From: Camelus dromedarius | Taxonomy: Eukaryota | Length of the DNA: 64,000 bases | NCBI RefSeq assembly: GCF_036321535.1 | Contig: NC_087436.1 | Coordinates: 17,050,001-17,114,000, forward strand | Direction: 5' to 3' | Shown: positions 40,261-52,020 of the stretch, piece after piece | Numbering within the stretch: the stretch's first letter is position 1 | Layout of the letters: each line of letters begins with the position of its first letter | Notes under the pieces: generated by a model | What the model was told of the DNA's origin: nothing | The model's input: the letters and a program-made list of their open reading frames with translations, nothing else | Databases searched by the model: none | Translations under genes and position numbers: made by a program

Positions 40261-42769
40261 CATTAGTAGTTAGAATGTTAGAGAATTTCATGCTCCAGAA
40301 TTCAAGGAGGCGGGGGGGGTGGTGGTGTGGGAATAGACTGAGTCTCACCTAAAAACCAGTCACAGTAGAAGAAAAACGTCTTTCCAGAGATGCCTTACAG
40401 AGGTAGACATGCAAGGTGAGGGCAGCGTTTCAGGAGACTATGCGTATTAACAGTGTGGGAACAGACGAAGGGATTAGGGAAGGCTGGGGCTACTTCTTGA
40501 TATTTGGATGAAAGAGAGAGTAAAAAAATAGAATTTTTTTTTGACAGCTGCCATGAGTGGTTAAATTTTGAGGATAGTGACCAAAACAATTCATAGGATT
40601 GATGTTGAAGAACAATGATGAGTAGAGAAACAGCTAATAGTTTTAAAGGGAGCTTGGATGGATATATAAAAATATTGACTATTGAAAAGCTGTCTAAGGA
40701 TTACTTTAAAAGAATTTTTAGGAAGCTACATTTTAGGCATTTTCTTATAGTGAGTAAAAGTTAGAATTCTTTATCCTTACCTTAGATTATACCATAAATG
40801 GGGTCACATAAACCCCTGAATTACATTTGGGTAGCATTATGGGATCTACAACCAAGAATTTTAAACCCAATTTACTGTATTCAGCATTAAATTTATTCTG
40901 TACTGGAGCCAGGAGTACATTTCACCATTTTTTTTTTTTCTGGTCAAAGGATGCTGTGAAGGAGAGAGGCATCAACAAAACTGAACTTGTGCTAAATAAT
41001 GACAGTTGTGTTTAGAATGCCCTGCTTAAAGCAAGATATGCCAGAAGGAGATGCAGACCTATGCAGGACCATATAAATTTACTAAATTAAGGAAGTCTGA
41101 AGAAGTACTTTATTAAATTTCCAGTTGGACATGAGTTTTAATCAAGTCTTAATGGAGACTAACTTTCTGAAGAGTTTGAAATTCTGTTCAGAGGATGTTC
41201 ATGTAAGATAAACTTGGACCTTTGAGAATGTGAGACTGTGTCCACTGCTGTGGAACTTGAAACTGAGTAAAATTTTTCCTTGGTTCAGACTAATTACAAT
41301 AATTTTTTTAAAACTTGAGAAATTCATAAGAAGCATCAAATGGAGAAAAAGGACTTGGTCATGTTAAGAACATGCCACTAAATCTCTGAGGGATTGGCTT
41401 CTTTGTAAGCAGAAAATGCTAAGTGTGCTCTAGAATGCTTAAGAACAGGGGTTTTTCCATGGACTCAGCTCCACAAAAATGTTTCTGGGGTGGACTTACT
41501 GAGAAATGGTTGCTGGAGTTTATCTGTGCAGTTCCTGTGCATCTCTGAGAAGAAGAAAAATGCTGGATTTTCAGGCTGAAAATTAACTTCCGTGACCTGT
41601 CAGCAATAGTAGAAAGAATCTTGGAGAATCAGGAAAAACTGGATCATGTTTGCATAGGAGCTTTACATGGTAAAGATGTACTGACTAACCCTGGTTTTCA
41701 TCACAAAATCGGAAACCCTTCTGAGTTCTTGCTAGTGACACCACAATCTGCCACCATAGTGCCAACACAGTCTGAGGGGGTAAAACGTGATTCCATCAGA
41801 CTCTAGAATGATGGAGCTTGGAAAGCTGGATACTCTTGGAGACAAAAACACTGCAGGTATGCTTCAGCCCATTGGAGGTGGGTACCTATTAAATGAAGTC
41901 CTTTTGGTGGAGATAAACAGGTTTTCCTGTCCCTGTCAGAGCCAGACTCAGTCTTACATTAGAGATTAATCTTTGTTATTTGCTTCTAGTGTGACAAAGT
42001 CGATGTTATTGTTAGATGCCTCTCAGACACAGGACAAGTGCCTACTGCATTGCGTTTTGGTAGTAGGAAGTTGCCCCGAATTTGCTTTGATATGACAAAG
42101 AGTGACAACTAGTCGTAAAGTATAACTGAGAATATTTACACTATGGCCATATCCTGTTCTAAGCCTTTCCACAGTTGTGGATCCTGTATGGAAAGGCATT
42201 AAATACCTTAATAAATATGCTTACTCAGAATTTGTCATTGCCTTGATTCAAGGTCTGGGAGAAGGAAACTAGTAGGATTTTACCAGCCTGAGTCTTACAA
42301 TATTTCTAGAGTCATGGTCATAAAAGAAGGAAAAGGTAGAAGGGCAGGAAGACTGGGCTGTGTGTTGGTAGATCTCTGGGATATATCAGATAGTTTTATC
42401 TAAGAAGGTTGAACAGAATGAAGAATTTATATTCCTCAGAGTTTAACTGGGGGTATGGGCAGAGGAGCTAGTATTATGTGTTGAAAATCAATCAGGATGG
42501 AGGAAGAATTATACATTCCAGTGTTCTTCACATCAGAATGTAGGCATGTCAGTGGTACCTAGAGAATCTCTACATATGAAAAGGTTAGAGGGAACCATCT
42601 GGCAGTCTATGGAAGAGGTGGTTTGCTTATCTGGAAGTTGCACTTATGTAACAAGGACAGTATTTTTTAAAAAATTCAATATACCTAATAAATAAATAAG
42701 TATGTAATGGGGCAGATGGTGATAAACTAATCCCCATTTCAGTGGAGGATGACATAAAAGAAGAGGGGG

Positions 42770-43000
42770 GCAATAATAACAGCTAAAATTTATTAAGAAA
42801 TTATGATGCATTCAAATCTAAGGCAAGTGGTTTATCTGGTTTTTCTCATTAAATTTCTATACTAATCCTTTTAGGTATGTACTGTTATTATCTTCATTTT
42901 ACAGTTGAAGAAATGCAAGCTCATCTTTCCTAAAATCACAGAGATGCTACATTAGAAGTGCTGGTATTTGAATTCTGGTCTTTCTGATTCCAAAGTTAGC
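42770..43000 (-). mobile_element. MIR SINE
   Basis: aataataacagctaaaatttattaag...aggtatgtactgttattatcttcattttacagttgaagaaatg...ctggtatttgaattctggtctttctgattccaaag. Confidence 0.8.
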
Positions 43001-44029
43001 TTTGTGCCAAACTTGTCACAAGAATTTTTATCGCTTCCTGGTGAGATATTGACCATCCTGCTTTGAAAATTTTGTCTGTTAAGTGTCCTTATCTAAATCC
43101 TATTAAGATCAATCGGATTTCAGTTAGAGCTCAATAGGTTATAACACAGATGGTTTGACGCGTCTTTGCTCTTTTCTGTTGTGCACATACATCGGAACAC
43201 TTTTTCTTGTGACTGTTTCTTCTCAAAGGCAGTTTGGCCATCTGAATCTTCATCCTGCTGTCGTCCTAATACAGACGAAAATGAATAATGCAGCACTTGT
43301 TTGAGCATTTCCTAGTGGATTATTGTAGTAATACTGTACCGCTTTTACTTTATGCAAGAAGACAGAAGCCAAGGGAGGCCAAGGGATTTGCTAAGATCGA
43401 GAACATCTGGGGTAAAAAGCATTTGTACACATTTTTTCTCGAAATTGAAATGTGTTTCCTAACCTAAATGGTCCTCCTCCTTATGTTAATCTCATATATT
43501 TGTTTGGAATATTAGGATGTACATCAGCTCAGAAAAATTTCTTATTTGTGCATTTTACAGATTCCAAAGTCTTCTGCTTGTATTACTTTGTCATTTTCTA
43601 TCACCTCCTTAAAGAAATATGATGAAGAATCTCCATTTGAGAACTCTAAAATTGCTCTTTTATTTTCATCTCTAATGTCTTTGCTTCAAAGCCTCATTGT
43701 TTAAACACTGGGCAGAGAATGAGAGCCAGGTCATGGAAGCAGTCCCAGCCACTTTTATATAAACCTGGCTGAAAGGCTCTTACTGAGAGTCAGTTTCTTG
43801 TGATTGGGTCTGAAAGATCCAGAAAGGTTTCTGACAAGGTGGAAGTGGTTGCCATTCTTTGTCTTAGTAGTCATGAGTATGGAGTACTTGGTGACAAGTA
43901 AGTTGTCCCAGCCATCTATTAAAGGACACTACACTAAGGTCAAGACACATTCTGTTCCCAACAAAGGATGATACTGTATTAACGATTAAGAATTCTATTC
44001 CCAAGTTTATTACATCAACACTTTTAAGG

Positions 44030-44940
44030 AGAAAAAAATATAATATCAATAGATACTAAAAGAGGCAATGAGAAAACTTGAACAACATCTCAGTAAATAA
44101 ATATATAAGGAAGTAAATAAATACATAAATCTGAGAGGAAATCTAGAAAACAACATATTTAAGGTAGGAGCAGGAAAGATAGTATTCAATAAAGAATACC
44201 AAAAAAAGAGAAAAATGACCCTGGCTTTATATAAAAATTTCAAAACTTTTCTATGGAAAAAGACCATAAGAAAATTTATTTAAAAATTTGATTTGGTGTG
44301 GAATTGTATTTTAGAAGACAGAGGTTTAAGACAATGAGCTATTTAAAATTGAGAACAAGGGGACAATCATAGCAAAATAGACAAGAGATGTGAGTAACCA
44401 CTGGCAAAACAAAAATCCAGCAGCAGTTGAATACATGCAGTGATGCTCAAAGTCACTAACAGGTGAGAAAACTCAATGGACTAACAGCTTTTAGATTGGC
44501 TCAAACCAAACCAAAACAATAACTTCAGTTGCTGGCTGGAATATGAACAAAGAAGTACTGTTACACATTGCTGGTAAAAATATGAATTGTATAGTGTTTT
44601 AGAAAACACCTTGTTAATATCAATTAACATTAAGATGTCTATACATTTGACTCTGTACTCCATCTTGGGAATCTGTCACATGGAAATAAAAGCACTACCT
44701 AATAAACACAAAACGCTTATTTTAGCATTATTCTTATTTGGAAAAGCTGAGGAACAAAGTAAATGTTAATCAGTAGTGGAATATTATGGTCTATTCATAC
44801 CACAAAATACTATGTACCACTTAAAATAACGAATTAGAGCTATGCTAGTTAGCTTGAAGGAATTTCCATGAATAATTCTTGAGTGAGGAAAGAAAAATAT
44901 GCATAATATGATATAATTTTTATAAAACAAAAATAAGCAT
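44030..44940 (+). mobile_element. Ancient L1ME-type ORF2 3' / 3' UTR remnant
   Basis: atatcaatagatactaaaagagg (ISIDAEK-like), acacattgctggtaaaaatatgaattgtatag, atacatttgactctgtactccatcttgggaatctgtc, attatggtctattcatacc. Confidence 0.7.
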
Positions 44941-45389
44941 CATCAAAATTATTTATTGAATTCTCATTTATCTGTAAGACACTCTCATAGAGACAGTGCA
45001 GTGAGACAAAGAAGTGAATTAACTGATATTTTGAAGATATAGGACAAACATACAAAAAGACAAACAATAATATAATGTAATTTTGACCTGCTTTAAAAAT
45101 CAGTGATATAAATAGTGCTGTGGTTTCCAATGAGTTATTATAAAAGGTTCTGTAATCCATCTGTGGATCAACAAGTACTTACAGCCCAATGAAACATGTC
45201 ACTGAAATGAGCCTTAATTTCTTATAATAATAATAATGGTAGCATTAGGTATTGGTAGAAAGAGAAAGTGAGATAAATAAAGCACTCAGCACAGTGCCCA
45301 ACACAGAGCAAGTGCGAGTTAAGTGGCAGCTGTTACTCACATTGTTGCTATTATTGCTGAGGTTATATTATATTATAATGCTGAAGGTA

Positions 45390-46190
45390 TACATTTTTGA
45401 AAGAATGTCACAAAGGTGAAGTGCCCTTCTTGTCACATCATATCAGCAGGAACATGCTATCAATATGATTTATCCTCTGTGATAGTAACATTAATTACCT
45501 GACCAAGGTAGTGTTTGTCAGGTTTCTCCACTCGCCGTAAAGTAACTTTCCTCCCACCCGCCTTCTGCAGTCTACTTTTTTGAAAGCACATAACTAAATC
45601 CTGTATGGGAAAGGGGGTTGGGAGGAATGGAGGAATTAGACTTTTTTTCCTGGAGGTGGAAGCAGTGACATAAATTATTAAGAATTCTTAGATATTTCCC
45701 CCCTTTTTGTTTATCAGTCATTTGTTTATATCAGTATGTACTCATGTCTATTTCTTTCATACTATGAGTTATAATCTAATACTACATTATTTTGTTGTTG
45801 TTGTTACTCAGATTGTTCCAGCAGTAGACGTTGGGAGCTTTTTCATGGTGGCTCCTGTCTCTTTAACTGATGTTTCTCTATCCTTTTGTTTTTTGAATGC
45901 TTCTTTTGTCACTACAGTATTCTGCAGACTCGTCTTGTATTATCTGCCCTAGTCCTAGAACTGTTGGTCCTAGTCCATTTCTCTGAGGAGTCTTGGTTCC
46001 TTTTGTTGGAGAATAGTCTTTAGAAACAAAAATCTGGACACTAGATGTGCTCTTTGCTCCTGAGGTATCAGTGTTTGCAGTTTCTCTCAGTGGACATATC
46101 TAGGAAATATATATATGAATACAAACTCCTGTTTGTACACATAGTTATAATTACTACCATATCTATCCTTCTGTTTCTATCTACTTGCAT
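45390..46190 (-). mobile_element. Ancient L1MC/MD-type 3' UTR remnant
   Basis: aaggtgaagtgcccttcttgtcacatcatatcag...attacctgaccaaggtagtgtttgtcaggtttctccact...ttactcagattgttccagc...ccatttctctgaggagtcttggttcctttt. Confidence 0.72.
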
Positions 46191-47506
46191 TTTGTCTTTA
46201 GCCTCCAGTTTTCAGTCAAAACACTGTTTTCCAAAGTTACTTAGATAAGCTCCTTTTTTCCCTCGATCCCTTTCATTGATTTTTGACGAAACTTGTATTT
46301 CCTGATTGTACAATATTTAGTCAAGTCTTTCACATGGAAAAAAACATTTACCTATTAGTAACTAGACGGACTTCTTTCATATCAGTATTCTATAAGCTAC
46401 TTTTCTATCTTTGTGTTTTTATGCTACTCTATTGTTTATATATGCCACCTAATTTTGTCCTTTATTGTTACTTACTTTGTGCCAGGAGCCCATTTATAAC
46501 AGGCCTGCTCTCTAATTTTCTTTCATCTCATGAGAGTCAACCTCAATGTGATCTCTTCTCCTTGCTGACCACCTGTGGTGTAAATCATGCCACCTGGGCC
46601 TTGGGAGCCATTCACTAGCCTCTAGTCTTAATGTCTGCTGTAGCCCCAGTAGTGAAGGTCATAAACTTAGTTTGCTCCCTATCCTGACCTTAGGCGTTGT
46701 TAGGTGAGAGAGCCTTCTCAGAATTCCCATGCTCCCTTGGGATGCTCTGAATCTCAGTTGCGCTCTTCGCATCACATTGGGCTGCAGTTTGTTCTGAAAG
46801 GCTGCAGAGCCACCACCGAGGACCACCCACAGCTATTGCTAAAGCACCATTTTGGTCACAAGGTGATTTCTAAGCAGTTTACAGCTCCCTTCAACAAACT
46901 CCCAGATTGTTCTGCAAACTATATGTGCTTTTTATCGTTGAGGCTTCCCATTTTCTGCTCCCCCAGGGCAAAATACAAGGGCATAGAGTGACTGGCCCTT
47001 TTTCAAGAGTTCATCACTATTTCCTCTTTCATTCCTCCATCAGTCTGTTAGTCAAATTCTGTAAGTTGGAAAGGGTTCTCCCGTCATCACACAATTTTCC
47101 TTGCCATATGGCTCCATGTGCTAAGTTCTTCAGATTCTGGTTTCTTGAATCCCCCAAATGTTGCACATTCTAAGCAAAACCATACTCTTTCAAGTAGAAG
47201 TTTTCCTTTAGAAAATATTGCTATAGTTTTGCATTTTAAAACCTCTTTCTTGAAATACAGTTGTCTCTTTGTTCTAAGATTTTTCTGCTTGAGGGCAGTG
47301 CATATATGGAATGTCACAAAATTATTTGCTTCTTTTTAAATAGCTATGTTTATTAAGTAGCTATATATTTTCCTTTTTTTTTTTACAGATTGCAAAAGAG
47401 AGAGCTGATCATTTAAAAAAACTCTAGAATAGAATATTTACTAGCTATTTATAATTTCCCCTTGGTTCAAAATTGATAAGCATCAGAAATTAGGTGATTA
47501 TTTTCA

Positions 47507-47915
47507 TGTAGTTGATTTCTAATCTCATAGCGTTGTGGTCAGAAAAGATGCTTCTTATGATTTCACTTTTTTTAAATTTACCAAGGCTTGCTTTGTGGGC
47601 CAGCATGTGATCTATTCTGGAGAATGTTCCATGTGCACTTGAGAAGAATGTGTATTCTGCTGCTTTCAGATGGAATGCTCTTTAAATATCAATTAAGTCC
47701 ATCTGGATTAATGTGTCATTTAAGACCTGTGTTTCCTTATTGATTTTCTGTTTGGATGATCTGTCCATTGATGTAAGTGGGTGTTAATGTCCCCCGTTAT
47801 TATTGTGTTACTGTCAATTTCTCCTTTTATGTCTGTCAACAGTTGCCTTATATATTGAGGTGCTCCTGTGTTGGTTGCATATAATTTTACAATTGTTACA
47901 TCTTCTTCCCTTTAG
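47507..47915 (-). mobile_element. Internal L1 ORF2 endonuclease fragment flanked by 15-bp direct repeats, with no 3' UTR or poly(A)
   Basis: Antisense of the EN domain (ctggagaatgttccatgtgcacttgagaagaatgtgtattctgc, ttgtggtcagaaaagatgctt, ggtgctcctgtgttggttgcatata). aggtgattattttca occurs at both 47492-47506 and 47916-47930. Confidence 0.9.
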
Positions 47916-50055
47916 AGGTGATTATTTTCAGTCACCCTCAAGGAAGTCATTACTGGTGCCTAAATGGCAGAGTCAGGAGCTAGGAATAGTGAGGAATGGG
48001 GAGAAAACCTTTAATATTTCAAAACTATATACATACACACACATATATATGTGGATACATACATACTCACAAAAAATAATGGCACACAGAGTTTTCTACC
48101 TGCTTTTTGCAACCTCTTGTCACTTTGAAAGCAACCCCCGTAACTGTAGTTATTTCTAGTAATTCTACTAGGATATTGCACATGTGCTCATAAATACACC
48201 ACTCTAGGCTGCAACATAAAATTGCCCCCCAGCCCATTCCGGTGCTGTTTGTTGCTGTCACTCTGAAGCTCAGGAAGCCTGGTGAAAGTATTGCTGTTGC
48301 TATTGCCACAAGCATCTGTCCAGACCACGCTGTGCTAATTCCACATGGGCCTAAGCCAACCTGCTAAAGGGAGAAGCCTTTGTACCCCAGTTCCCTCAGT
48401 CTTAGAGCACTGATGCCCTGTGCTCTCAGTATTCAAATATCATGGTGTAGGAAAATAGCTCTTTCAACTCTGTCATCTTCTCACTTGGGTCTTCCTCTCA
48501 TGAGATTACAGGCCAGAATCTCCTTGAGGGAAGGAGAGGTGGGAGGGTGGGGAGAATGGAGTGGAGAGTCTAGGCAAAATCACCTTAGCAAGAGCAGCTC
48601 AGAGTACCTCAACCCACTCATTCCTGCCAACTGCCAGTGTCCTGTTGAACCAAGGTGAAAATATTCAACTCATTCTTCCCATATTAAGAATTTTTCCCCG
48701 AGAAGTTTTCTTGGTCTTTCTTTGCAGAGAGATCACTAGAGGATTTACTCTCCCAGTTTTCTTAGACATACCTCTGTTTGAAATCCTAAGGTGCACAAAA
48801 CTTAGGTTCAAATTTGTACCCTTGCTATATATGACCATCAGATGTAACCACTTAAATATGAAGTGCATCATCCAGGACATATTTTTGCTCTGTATTGTCT
48901 GTGCTAATTTTCTGGTGGGCAGGGCCCTGTTAAGTAGATACTTTCATTTTTTAAAAACTAATAAATCTCTATGAGTAGCATAATAATTGCATTTTTTTTT
49001 TTTGCTTTTTTGAGGTTTATTGCTGGATTAAGAAATAGAGACCCAGAAGGTTCTCTGCTAGTGCTCTTTACATCATCTCATAGCACTTTGCACGAACCTG
49101 AACAAATAGGATTCAGTATACACTCAATGACATAAATGTGTATTTTATTTTCTAACATAATCTGTGTTTGTTTTCTTTCCAACTTGCTCTACAAAGATTC
49201 ATTTTGAAACACCCACAGGAAGTAACCAATAGTGTAGAATAACCTTGAGTAGGTCAGGGAAATGGCATGAAAAATCATAAAATAGAATTGTGAACATAAA
49301 ACCATGGAGATGATTTAAAAGAAAACAGAGGGCCGAAGCATACTTTGAGCCTTTGAGAAAAATTTAGCGTCCTTTTTCTGAAAATACAGACTCTTACATG
49401 AACATTAAGCATACTATCTATTTTTATTTGAACATTTTCCCAATTTGAAATCATTTCTTCAAATTTCCTGAAGTATAAACAAAGATCTAACTTCTGATTA
49501 TTTATTCATTGTCTACAATAAAAATATAAAAATTTATACATTATCTACAAAAAACCTTTTTGCTATTATTCTAATCTAGATATTTGAAAATATTTAATGT
49601 TATTTTACATAAATAACATCTGTTGAAAATATGGATAAGTGAAAAGAACTAAAGCTAAATTATAATTTCATCCTTGTTAATATCTTGGTATTTAATACTA
49701 TACATGTTTTCCTATGCATGTAATTTTTATAAAACTGGAATCATATTGTAGATACTGCTTTGTAACCTGCTTTTCCATTTAAAACTAATTGTAACATATA
49801 GGGATTTAATAAAATACGTTTCTATAATATATACTAAAGACCTTGGTTGAAGTTGCTTTCTTCTAGAGAGGTTTTTCATTGATTCTTGGTGCTCAACAAA
49901 TTATAAATTTATTTAAGGTATTTTGGACCACACAGGTGGTATGAACTGGAAGAACAAGCCAATGGCAGCTTTGAGCCTCTGGTTCATCCACGCAGCCTCA
50001 TAGAAATGGGAAAGGTTCCTTGCTGTACCCTTCTTTGAGGTTTTCTCTTTGATTC

Positions 50056-50102
50056 TCCTTCCCTTCCCTTCCCTTCCTTTCCCTTCCCTTCCTTTCCCTT
50101 TT
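50056..50102. repeat. (CCCTT/CCTTT)n pyrimidine microsatellite
   Basis: tccttcccttcccttcccttcctttcccttcccttcctttcccttt is visible directly. Confidence 0.9.
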
Positions 50103-50479
50103 CTCCTCTCGCTCTTTTTGTATTTTTCAGTATTATCCCACCTACTGTCCTAGTGTAGCCCTCTGGGGCCTCAGCCCTGCATTGTGGTCTCATGCTGGGC
50201 TCCTCACTTTAAAAAAAAAAATCAGCCCCTGCATTTTATTCCTTCTCTGCCAGTTTAGCAATACAATTAAAACACATTTAATATTTTATTCAGGATTTGA
50301 CTTGTTTTAATCAAAAAGATTGTTCTCTGAATCTGTTCCACCATATGACAGAAATGAAGGTCAAGAATGTTTACTTTGAAAGATTAAAAATATATCATGT
50401 ATACTTGTATTTTTATCCTTCCTGAAATTAAATTATCCTTTATTTAATTGAAATATTTATGAAATAACAAATTATACAA

Positions 50480-51607
50480 TTTCGGATTCTGCTCCCAGTC
50501 TCATTTCTTTTTTTTTTTTTTTTAATTTAATTGAAGTATAGTTGATTTACAATGTTGTATTAGTTTCAGGTATATAGCAAAGTGATTCAATTATACATAT
50601 CTATATATATATAGATAGATAGATAGATATAGATATATATTCTTTTTCAGATTCTTTTCCTTTATAGGTTATTATAGGATATTGAATATAGTTTCCTGTG
50701 TTATACAATAGATCCTTGTTGTTTATCTATTTTATATGTAGTGGTGTGTATCTGTGAATCCCAAACTCCTAATTTATCCCTCCCCCTGACCCTATCAGTC
50801 TCACTTCTGATCACCAGCTAAGATTCTGGTCACCAGTTCCAATATGTGGGATTTTTTTTCCACACCAACAAGCAATTCTCTGACTCAAGCTGGGTGTCCT
50901 ACAATTTAATTCAATTCTGACACAATCTACGTGGAGATAGCATCAGATCCCACAGGTTAAGTGTTCCATCCCAGGAGACTATCCCCCACTTCAGGTGCAA
51001 ATTGAAAGTAGCAGGTCATCAAGTTACCCACAACTGTCCAACTTGGCTACAAATCAGAGGTTCTCATGACCCCTCCCCAGGTTTTATTAATTTGCTAGAG
51101 CAGCTCACAGAACTCAGTGAAACACTTACTTACATTTACCAGTTTATTAAAGGATACGATAAAGGGTAAGATGAACAGCCAGTTGAAGAGATATGTAGGG
51201 TGAGATCATGGAGAGTCCTGGACTTCTGTGCCTCTGGCATCACCCTCCTAGTACAGGATGTTTTCATTTACCTGGAAGCTTTCTGAACTCCATACTACTG
51301 GGATTTTTATAGAGGCTTTATCCCATAGGCATGATGGACCATTAAGTCCATTTCTAGCCCCTGACCTTCCCTAGAGGAGTGAGGAGGGGAGAGGGCTAAA
51401 AGTTCCAAGCTTCTAATCATGGCTTGGTCTTCCTGGTGATCAGCCCCTATCCAGTAGCTATCCGGGAGCCCACCCAGAGTCACGTCATTAAAACAAAGGA
51501 TGCTCCTAGTGCTTTTCTCACTAGCATTTTTACAAGCATTTTAGGAGCCCTGTGTCAGGAACTGGGGGCACAGACCAAAATATATACATTTTCTGGTATC
51601 TCACACA
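50480..51607 (-). mobile_element. MER21-family solo LTR, interrupted by an L1 3' fragment
   Basis: ccacaccaacaagcaattctc...gctgggtgtcctacaatttaattcaattctgacac...gcatcagatcccacaggttaag...ttgctagagcagctcacagaactcag...gaccaaaatatatacatttt...tctcaca. Left boundary approximate. Confidence 0.85.
50509..50795 (-). mobile_element. 5'-truncated L1 3' end with a 13-bp TSD
   Basis: Poly-T then aattgaagtatagttgatttacaatgttgtattagtttcaggtatatagcaaagtgattca, the reverse complement of the same L1 3' end type seen at 27640-27858. TSD cagtctcatttct (50496-50508) / cagtctcacttct (50796-50808). Confidence 0.93.
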
Positions 51608-51649
51608 ATCTTTTACTTTATCTATTTGTAGATGTTTTAATCATTCTTG

Positions 51650-51698
51650 TTTTTTCCTTCCAGTTTTATTGAGACATAGTTGACATATAACACTGTGT
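51650..51698 (-). mobile_element. Very short L1 3'-terminal fragment
   Basis: ttttttccttccagttttattgagacatagttgacatataacactgtg resembles an antisense L1 terminus. Confidence 0.55.
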
Positions 51699-51699
51699 G

Positions 51700-51832
51700 T
51701 TTTTGGGGGGTATGGTGGGGGTAATTAGGATTTATTTATTTGTTTGTTTGTTTATTTAACAGAGGTACTGGGGATTGAATCCAGGACCTTGTGCTTGCTA
51801 GGCACACACTCTACCACTGAGCTATACCCCCC
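51700..51832 (-). mobile_element. tRNA-derived SINE (camelid Vic-1 type)
   Basis: ggggtaattaggatttatttattt...agaggtactggggattgaatccaggaccttgtgcttgctaggcacacactctaccactgagctatacccccc; same architecture as 12099-12289. Confidence 0.88.
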
Positions 51833-51849
51833 ATATCTTTATTTTTAGC

Positions 51850-52020
51850 TAATAGACTTTATTTATTTATTTATGGTTTTGAGGAGCTTTAGGTTTACAG
51901 AAATATTGGTGGAAAGTACAGAGTGTTGTCATATACCCTCCTACCTGCAACCCCCTCCTCCTGTTCCCTATCACTATTTGTTATAATTGATGAGTCAATA
52001 TTAATACATTATTATTACAC
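51850..52020 (-). mobile_element. Old L1 (L1MC/MD-type) 3' terminus
   Basis: atagactttatt...gagctttaggtttacagaaatattggtggaaagtacagagtg...tttgttataattgatgagtcaatattaatacattattatta. Confidence 0.7.

Noticed and set aside
49984..50193. 69-aa ORF with a KGKEG repeat
   Set aside because: It is the translation of the (CCCTT)n microsatellite.
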